Assembly: GCA_964551375.1 (NCBI GenBank)
Contig: CAZKBG010000001.1
Location: 660,001-692,000 of the forward strand
DNA from: an uncultured archaeon
GTDB lineage: Archaea; Iainarchaeota; Iainarchaeia; Iainarchaeales; JAAZKV01
DNA length: 32,000 nucleotides
Direction of reading: 5' to 3'
Under the pieces are notes generated by a model. The model was not told the DNA's origin and searched no databases. It saw only the letters and a list, made by a program, of their open reading frames with translations. A program made the position numbers and the translations under genes. Positions 25,866 through 32,000 of the stretch are shown here, piece by piece. Every line of letters starts with the position of its first letter. The first letter of the stretch is position 1.

Positions 25866-27164
25866 ATGCTTATGCAAAACAAAGGACAGGGTGTCCAAAG
25901 CGGACAAGCCCCAAATAGGGGACAGGGGGCAATTGAATACTTACTAATCATCGGCGCAGCGATACTTGTAATTGCTATTGTAATAATTGCAATAAGCGGA
26001 GCGCTTGGAACAGGAACTAATCAAAGCGCAGGCGCAAAAGGAAATCAAATGGGGGCGTTTGTAAACTTAAGACAAATGAACCTAACCCCCCAATTTTTCA
26101 GATTGCCTTCAGTGTCCCTTGGACCAGGACAGCAAATAATATTTAATTACACTGACCCAGCAACTGGGCAAACTACACAAACACCAATTACAAATCAAGC
26201 ACAACTAAACCAGGCATTAATGAATGGAGACTTAAACCTATACCTAACCCCGCCAGGGGTTTCAGCCACTCCTGGAATGAGCACAAGTTACATATTATCG
26301 ACTCCTCAAACAAATAAACCAAAAAATCTGCTGAAAATAATTGGTTGCATGAAAAATAGCCCTTATTCACAAACCCCTTCTGGAACAGCTGGATTTCTAA
26401 TCGGAGACGAAGCAGGAAGCAGAATACAAGACCAGGCAATAATGGCTGATTTAAATAACCGCCCAGTAAAACTTATTTCAATTACAGGATACGGCGGAAG
26501 CAATTACTCAAACGCAGTTGACAAGACATACAAATTACGACTTTCCCAACCATTCTACTATTATTCTATGCCAGGCTATTTTGTATACCTCGCAACTTTT
26601 GAAGGACTGACTGATAATTCAGGAAACCCGATAAATCAAACAGCAATAAACAGCATTTGCAATAGCAGCACAGGATATTCAGTAGGAAATGCCAACGTAA
26701 GATCAGAATTCAACGGGTGGTCATTTTACAACTATGATTATGATATTATATATGGAAACAATCCCGGACTTGCAGAAATAGCAATAGCATATAATGGAAC
26801 AAACACAACAATAATCGGGAGAGACAATAAAGGAAATCTGCTCACTGACACAGTAACAGCATATCTGCCATGCACTGAAACACAGTGGCTGCCGATTGCT
26901 GGATATACTGGAAACCAGCAAATATACAAAAGATGCTGCGATTATGCTAACTGCTGTTCAAGGACATCACTAGGAATATTAACAAGCACAAACTGCACAA
27001 TAGATACAGTAACCCACTGTCAGTCATTTACCTGCGAGCCAACAACATGCACTCTTGGAACAAGAAAAGTAACAAGTTACTATGACACAAATATATTCAC
27101 CTGCTTAAACCAACCAACCCAAATAGCAAACATGTATGTTGAAGCAATCATAAGCGCGCCATAA
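25866..27164 (+). CDS. Class III signal peptide (pilin-like) protein with Cys-rich C-terminal part
   Basis: 432 aa; NRGQGAIEYLLIIGAAILVIAIVIIAISGALG; C-terminal YKRCCDYANCCSRTS...CEPTTC. Confidence 0.85.
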   Translation: MLMQNKGQGVQSGQAPNRGQGAIEYLLIIGAAILVIAIVIIAISGALGTGTNQSAGAKGNQMGAFVNLRQMNLTPQFFRLPSVSLGPGQQIIFNYTDPATGQTTQTPITNQAQLNQALMNGDLNLYLTPPGVSATPGMSTSYILSTPQTNKPKNLLKIIGCMKNSPYSQTPSGTAGFLIGDEAGSRIQDQAIMADLNNRPVKLISITGYGGSNYSNAVDKTYKLRLSQPFYYYSMPGYFVYLATFEGLTDNSGNPINQTAINSICNSSTGYSVGNANVRSEFNGWSFYNYDYDIIYGNNPGLAEIAIAYNGTNTTIIGRDNKGNLLTDTVTAYLPCTETQWLPIAGYTGNQQIYKRCCDYANCCSRTSLGILTSTNCTIDTVTHCQSFTCEPTTCTLGTRKVTSYYDTNIFTCLNQPTQIANMYVEAIISAP

Positions 27165-27294
27165 ACAAATTTTAACCCCAAAATCAACCTTTATAAACGT
27201 TACTGGGGGAGTGATACTTATTCTACTGGCTCCTAGAAAGCTTTTCGAAGCGGTTTTTGGTTGAGCAAGTTAACACTGAAAAGTGGGTGATTGA

Positions 27295-27879
27295 ATGGGA
27301 ATACATGACGTTCCGGCAGAGTACTTAATTGAGGAAACTGCGGGAAAACTAATAGGCGAAATACAAAAGCCTGAATGGACAGACTATGTAAAAACAGGAA
27401 TGCACGTTGAACGAGCTCCACAAAGAGAAGACTGGTTCTACATGAGAATGGCAAGCATTCTTTATAGAGCGTTCAAATGGGGAACTATTGGAACAGAAGC
27501 CCTAAGAACATATTACGGCGGAAGAAGAAACCGAGGCGTAAAGAAAGAGCACCATTACAAAGCAAGCGGAAAAGTAATCCGAACATGCGTGCAAGCGCTT
27601 GAAAAAGCAGGCTACTTAGAAAGAGCACAGCCAAGCGGAAGAAAAATTACTACAAAAGGATTCAGATTATTAAACGACACTGCTAAGGTTGCAGAGAAGA
27701 ACTGGAAAGAAGGAAAATACGAACACAAAGAAAAAGCAACAAAAGCATTCGATGAAAAGAAGAAGAAAGAAGTGCAAGACACACTAAGAAGACAGGATCA
27801 CGGCGGGCACAAAGCATCTGCTGAATCAAAAGACAAGAAACAGTCGCAGAAATCTCCAAAGAAAAAGGACGGTGAATAA
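27295..27879 (+). CDS. rps19e: Ribosomal protein eS19 with charged C-terminal extension
   Basis: 194 aa; DVPAEYLIEETAGKL, REDWFYMRMASILYRAFKWGTIGTEALRTYYGGRRNRGVKKEHHYKASGKVIRTCVQALEKAGYLE. Confidence 0.95.
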   Translation: MGIHDVPAEYLIEETAGKLIGEIQKPEWTDYVKTGMHVERAPQREDWFYMRMASILYRAFKWGTIGTEALRTYYGGRRNRGVKKEHHYKASGKVIRTCVQALEKAGYLERAQPSGRKITTKGFRLLNDTAKVAEKNWKEGKYEHKEKATKAFDEKKKKEVQDTLRRQDHGGHKASAESKDKKQSQKSPKKKDGE

Positions 27880-27881
27880 AT

Positions 27882-28145
27882 ATGGCTAGACACAAAAGCG
27901 AAGAATTCAAAGACTTCATGATAAGTGAAAGAAAGAAAATCGGGTCAGGCCTTACAAACGCACCAGTGTGGCTGATGCAAAAAGCCGGAAAGAGACTCTG
28001 GACGACAAAGCAGAAAAGAACATGGAAAAACATTGACATGAAGGACAAGTACTTCAAGGCAAAGCAGAAGCAGACAAGAAAAAGAAACAAGAGCGGAGAC
28101 CACAAGAAAAACTCAAAGCCCGTTCCTGAAAAGGTGGAGAAGTGA
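27882..28145 (+). CDS. rpl39e: Ribosomal protein eL39-like, with unusual N- and C-terminal extensions
   Basis: 87 aa; NAPVWLMQKAGKR...TTKQKRTWKNIDM matches the L39e core pattern; syntenic with L31e and aIF6. Confidence 0.7.
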   Translation: MARHKSEEFKDFMISERKKIGSGLTNAPVWLMQKAGKRLWTTKQKRTWKNIDMKDKYFKAKQKQTRKRNKSGDHKKNSKPVPEKVEK

Positions 28146-28149
28146 TGCA

Positions 28150-28578
28150 ATGGCTAAAGAATTCAAAGAAAAAACAATCACTGTAAATCTGCGCAAAGCA
28201 TTTGAGAAGCCCGACACAAAAAGGGCTATCTGCGCAAAAAACATGCTTATCGTAGCAGTGAAAAAAGAAACCAGACTCAAAGATGTAAGAATCAGCAACA
28301 AAGTAAACGAAGCATTCTGGGCAAGAGGAAGAGGAAACTGCCCAAGAAGAATCACAGTAAAAATCGCTGCTGAAAAAGGAATGGGAATGGTTCTACTGCC
28401 GGACGAAAAGTACGAAGCAAAGAAAGAAAAGAAAGCTGAAGGCAAAAAAGAAACTCCAAAACAGGCTGAAGCGGCTCCTAAAGAAGAAGCTAAAGCAAAA
28501 ACAACAGAAAAAACTGAAAACAAAGCAGAAGCAAAGAAAGAAACAAAGCCAAAAGCTAAGAAAGAAGAGAAGAAATAA
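28150..28578 (+). CDS. rpl31e: Ribosomal protein eL31 with Lys/Ala/Glu-rich C-terminal extension
   Basis: 142 aa; KTITVNLRKAFEKPDTKRAICAKNMLIVAVKKETRLKDVRISNKVNEAFWARGRGNCPRRITVKIA. Confidence 0.93.
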   Translation: MAKEFKEKTITVNLRKAFEKPDTKRAICAKNMLIVAVKKETRLKDVRISNKVNEAFWARGRGNCPRRITVKIAAEKGMGMVLLPDEKYEAKKEKKAEGKKETPKQAEAAPKEEAKAKTTEKTENKAEAKKETKPKAKKEEKK

Positions 28579-28660
28579 AAAAAATTAAACAGCGGCTGGG
28601 GAAATTAGCCCTAAAAAAGGCTAATAAAGCCCCAGCTCCTTATTTTTACGAAGTGATAAA

Positions 28661-29314
28661 ATGAATATTACAAGAATTAGAGCAATGGGATCAAACTATG
28701 TTGGATTATTTGCTGTATGCAACGACAGCGTGGCGCTTGTTCCATCACAAATAGAAAAAAGAGCAGAAGACGAAATCGCAAAAGTTCTTGATGTTAAAAC
28801 AATAAAAACAACAATCTACGGCAGCTCGCTACTTGCAGTATTCTCAAAGCTAAACAACAAACAATTATACGTTCCAAACTTTATCTCGCAAAGAGAACTT
28901 GAAGCAATTGAAAAAGAAATAAAAGTAAAAATAATTGACACTGAAAACGCGCTTGGAAACCTTGTGGAACTAAACGACACAGGAGCGGTTGTATCCATGC
29001 TCCTGCCAAAAAACGCTGTTGAAGAAATAAGAAAAAGCGGGCTAAAAATTACTCAAATGAATTTGGGAAGAGTGGATGTTGTAGGCTCCGCGCTTGTTGC
29101 TACAAACAGAGGATTTTTAGTAAACCCAAATATTTCGCTTGAAGAAGCACAAAAGATTGAAGCAACGCTTGGAGTAAAAGGCGGCTCATCAACCGCAAAC
29201 ACTGGAGACTCATTTGTAAGAAACTCAGTGCTTGCAAACAAAAAAGGAATAGTTCTTGGAGAAGGAACATCTCCTTACGAAATAAACAAAATAGAAGAAG
29301 CGCTTGAGCAATAA
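28661..29314 (+). CDS. eif6: Translation initiation factor aIF6
   Basis: 217 aa; YVGLFAVCNDSVALVP, LAVFSKLNNKQLYVPNF, GSALVATNRGFLVNPNIS. Confidence 0.95.
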   Translation: MNITRIRAMGSNYVGLFAVCNDSVALVPSQIEKRAEDEIAKVLDVKTIKTTIYGSSLLAVFSKLNNKQLYVPNFISQRELEAIEKEIKVKIIDTENALGNLVELNDTGAVVSMLLPKNAVEEIRKSGLKITQMNLGRVDVVGSALVATNRGFLVNPNISLEEAQKIEATLGVKGGSSTANTGDSFVRNSVLANKKGIVLGEGTSPYEINKIEEALEQ

Positions 29315-29411
29315 ACTAACAATAAGCTGTCAAAACACGGCTAAAAGCCGTTAAAACAAGGCGATTTTAGCGCCAATTGGTTAAGTATTTATTTATTCCT
29401 AAGGGAAATAT

Positions 29412-29603
29412 TTGAAGGTGAAAGAAATGAAATATACAGCAACAGGCGAATACACAAAGTCAGGAACAACGGATAAGTTCACAAAAACAGTAGACGCTAA
29501 AGACGAAAAAATGGCAAAAGAAAAAATATACGCTGAACTGGGCAGCAAACAGGGAATTATAAGAAAAAACATCACCATAGGAGAGCTGAAGGTGAAAAAA
29601 TAA
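29412..29603 (+). CDS. rplX: Ribosomal protein LX (eL20/L18a family)
   Basis: 63 aa; EYTKSGTTDKFTKTVDAKDEKMAKEKIYAELGSKQGIIRKNITIGELK; located between aIF6 and prefoldin alpha as in many archaea. Confidence 0.85.
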   Translation: MKVKEMKYTATGEYTKSGTTDKFTKTVDAKDEKMAKEKIYAELGSKQGIIRKNITIGELKVKK

Positions 29604-30070
29604 TGGCTGAAGACATGAAAACAACCAAAATGGAATTTAGCGAAGAAGAGCTTATACGAATGGCTCAAAATTATGAAAGAGCGCTTATGCAGAAGCAATC
29701 AATACTTGAAAGAGTAAGCACAATGCTCCTTGAAACAACAACCGCAAAAGAGACGCTTGAAGAGCTAAAAAAATCCAAAGGAAAAGTAGGGATGGCAATA
29801 GGCGCAACAATAATAATTGAAGTAGAACCTACAAACCTTAAAACATGCAAAAGAGGAATAAGCGAAAACGCGTACAAAGAAGAAAGCATTGAAGACACAA
29901 TACTCTGGCTTAAAGGAAAAGAAGACCAGCTGAAGATACAGGTTCAAAATATTCAAAAAGAAGCTGGAATGGCACAGGCAAGACTGCAGGAAGTAGTTGG
30001 AATAATTAAACAAATCGACAAAGAAAAAAGAAAAGCAATGACACAAAGACCTCCTTCAATCTCAAAGTAG
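29603..30070 (+). CDS. pfdA: Prefoldin alpha subunit
   Basis: 155 aa coiled-coil/beta-hairpin pattern; start overlaps the LX stop (TAATG); upstream of ftsY. Confidence 0.87.
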   Translation: MAEDMKTTKMEFSEEELIRMAQNYERALMQKQSILERVSTMLLETTTAKETLEELKKSKGKVGMAIGATIIIEVEPTNLKTCKRGISENAYKEESIEDTILWLKGKEDQLKIQVQNIQKEAGMAQARLQEVVGIIKQIDKEKRKAMTQRPPSISK

Positions 30071-30092
30071 AAACTAGCGAAGGGAAGAACGT

Positions 30093-31832
30093 ATGTTTGG
30101 ATTCTTAAAACAAAAAATTGCTGATTTTGGAAACAAACTAAAGGACACTGTTTCAAAAGAAGAAGAAAAACAGAAAAAAGACGCTCCAAAACAAGCTGAA
30201 GAGAAGAAAGAAGAAATTAAACAAAAGGAAAAAGAGAAAATCGAAGAAAAGAAAACTGATTCTTTAGAAAAGAAAGAAACAAGCGCGGCAGAAAAAAAGC
30301 CCCAAGCCAAAACTGAAGCTCAAAAAGAGCACGTTAAAAAAGCCGAGCACAAAAGCGAAGACAAAAAAGAAAAAGAGACTCATAAGAAAGAAAAGAAGAA
30401 AGGATTGCTTGGAATACTATTCGGCGGCAAAAAGAAGGAAAAAGAAGAGAAAAAGAAAAAAACAAAAGAAGAAGCAGTGAGCGAACTTGAAGGACGGATG
30501 TTTAAGGATATTGAAGCGGAACTCAAAGAAGAAGAGAAACAAACCGAACAAAAAGAAACAGCCACCCCATCAGAGATTGATCTTGGACTAACTGAAGAAG
30601 AAATAAGAATTACTAAAAAGACTGATGAAGTTGCAGAAGGACTTGAAGTTGAGAATGAAGAAGAGGAACAAAAAGAAGAACCTGCTGAAGAAAAGACTGC
30701 TGTTAAAGGAAATACTGAAAATTACGAAGAACTGGCCGAAGTTGAGGAAAAGCAAAAATTCACGCACGAAGAAGAAAAAAAAGTAAGACCAAGCATTGAA
30801 CTTGAAGATGGAAGAATACCTTCGGAAAAAGAAGATGAAGAAAAGAATGAAGAGGAGGAGATATTTGAGGACATTGAAGAACAGGAAGAAAGAAAAGAAA
30901 AATCAAGGGATATTAAAATCAAAACGCTTGAAGAAGACAAACGCGAACTTCACGCAAATGTGGGAGTTGGCGGAAAATTAAAAGGATTTATCTTCGGCGG
31001 AATTGAGCTCAGCGAAAAAGATGTAAATGACTTAATCTGGGAACTTGAACTAAGCCTAATTGAAAGCGATGTGGAACAGGACGCCGCAAGCGAAATAGCA
31101 AGCCAGATAAAGAAAAGACTTGTAGGAAAAAAAGTTTCTGCCAAAAATATTGATGACTTTTTAAAAGAACAAATCAAGGAAATACTCGCTGAAATGATGA
31201 AAACTGACAAAATTGATGTTCTTGCCATGGCTAAAAAGCACAAGCCATTCAAAATATTAATACTCGGGCCAAACGGCGCAGGAAAAACAACAAGCATCGC
31301 AAAACTAACTCATTACTTCCAAAAACACAAAATGAGCTGCATACTTGCCGCAGGAGACACATTTAGAGCCGGCGCAATTGACCAAATAGAAGAACACGCA
31401 AAGAAACTCAAAGTAAGATTAATAAAACAACAATACGGAGCAGACCCTGCTGCGGTTGCATTTGACGCCATAAAAGCGGCAGAAGCGGGAAAAATTGATG
31501 TTGTGATAATGGATTCAGCAGGAAGACAGGAAACAAACAAAAATCTGATGGAAGAACTAAGAAAACTTGAAAGAGTTGCAAAGCCTGATTTGAAAATCTA
31601 TGTTGGAGAAGCATATGTGGGGCAGGGACTATTAGAACAGGCTGAAGAATTTAAGGAAATGATTGGAATTGACGGATTTATTTTAACAAAAATCGATACT
31701 GATGCCAAAGGCGGAACAGCAATATCATTAGTATACAAAATGAAAAAGCCAATACTGTTTGTGGGAACAGGACAAGGCTATGATGACTTAGAAGAGTTTA
31801 CTCCTGAATTTATACTTGAGAGAATAATTTAA
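30093..31832 (+). CDS. ftsY: Signal recognition particle receptor FtsY
   Basis: 579 aa; GPNGAGKTTSIAKLTHYF, AAGDTFRAGAIDQ, DSAGRQETNKNLM, LTKIDTDAKGGTAISL; long acidic/basic N-terminal region. Confidence 0.96.
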   Translation: MFGFLKQKIADFGNKLKDTVSKEEEKQKKDAPKQAEEKKEEIKQKEKEKIEEKKTDSLEKKETSAAEKKPQAKTEAQKEHVKKAEHKSEDKKEKETHKKEKKKGLLGILFGGKKKEKEEKKKKTKEEAVSELEGRMFKDIEAELKEEEKQTEQKETATPSEIDLGLTEEEIRITKKTDEVAEGLEVENEEEEQKEEPAEEKTAVKGNTENYEELAEVEEKQKFTHEEEKKVRPSIELEDGRIPSEKEDEEKNEEEEIFEDIEEQEERKEKSRDIKIKTLEEDKRELHANVGVGGKLKGFIFGGIELSEKDVNDLIWELELSLIESDVEQDAASEIASQIKKRLVGKKVSAKNIDDFLKEQIKEILAEMMKTDKIDVLAMAKKHKPFKILILGPNGAGKTTSIAKLTHYFQKHKMSCILAAGDTFRAGAIDQIEEHAKKLKVRLIKQQYGADPAAVAFDAIKAAEAGKIDVVIMDSAGRQETNKNLMEELRKLERVAKPDLKIYVGEAYVGQGLLEQAEEFKEMIGIDGFILTKIDTDAKGGTAISLVYKMKKPILFVGTGQGYDDLEEFTPEFILERII

Positions 31833-31850
31833 AAAAAACAAATAAAAAAA

Positions 31851-32000
31851 CTAAACTTTTAATCCTTTTAACGCAGCAATCCTTTCTTCAAGCGGAGGGT
31901 GGGTGCTAAAAAGACTCTGCATCCAAAGCTTCTGGCCCTTAAGAGGATTTGAAATGTACAAATGCGCAGTTGCTTTATTAGCAGCTTCAAGAGGCTCATT
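31851..32000 (-). CDS. htpX: C-terminus of HtpX-like M48 metalloprotease
   Basis: Terminal 49 aa reading leftward: [49 protein letters not shown], the typical HtpX ending. Confidence 0.75.
   Translation of the reverse strand, partial: NEPLEAANKATAHLYISNPLKGQKLWMQSLFSTHPPLEERIAALKGLKV

Noticed and set aside
28113-28523. 136-aa minus-strand ORF opposite L31e
   Set aside because: It mirrors the Lys/Glu/Ala-rich sense strand; no independent signals.
30950-31297. 115-aa minus-strand ORF opposite ftsY
   Set aside because: Fully inside the conserved FtsY coding sequence on the opposite strand.

Overview
Gene-dense archaeal chromosomal segment. aIF6, L31e, L39e, LX, prefoldin alpha, Rnp4, archaeal DnaG, HerA/NurA, Hjc and class III signal peptides all point to an archaeon; a DPANN-type lineage is my inference only. 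From the left: a packed minus-strand block (NurA, two HAD phosphatases, an orphan basic protein, HerA, a pentein-fold enzyme, a truncated unknown gene). Next comes a plus-strand ArsR-iscS-iscU cluster, Pth2, a circularly permuted GTPase and a small protein-kinase-like protein. A minus-strand group follows (methyltransferase, Hjc, small ORFs). Then DUF167 and DnaG (with an unusual RG-rich linker), three tRNAs, a secreted transglutaminase-like protein, two adjacent thymidylate-kinase-family genes and Rnp4. Three large class III signal peptide (pilin-like) surface proteins come next, followed by a ribosomal/translation cluster (S19e, L39e, L31e, aIF6, LX, prefoldin alpha, FtsY) and the 3' end of an htpX-like gene. 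No CRISPR array, transposase, rRNA or prophage was recognised. Strongest leads: a ~60-aa repeated module in the pilin-like proteins with a 172-bp perfect inter-gene repeat; the RG-rich DnaG linker; the kinase-like 248-aa protein; a perfect palindrome abutting the start codon of the ArsR gene upstream of iscSU; and the HerA/NurA cluster with a pentein enzyme and uncharacterised partners.
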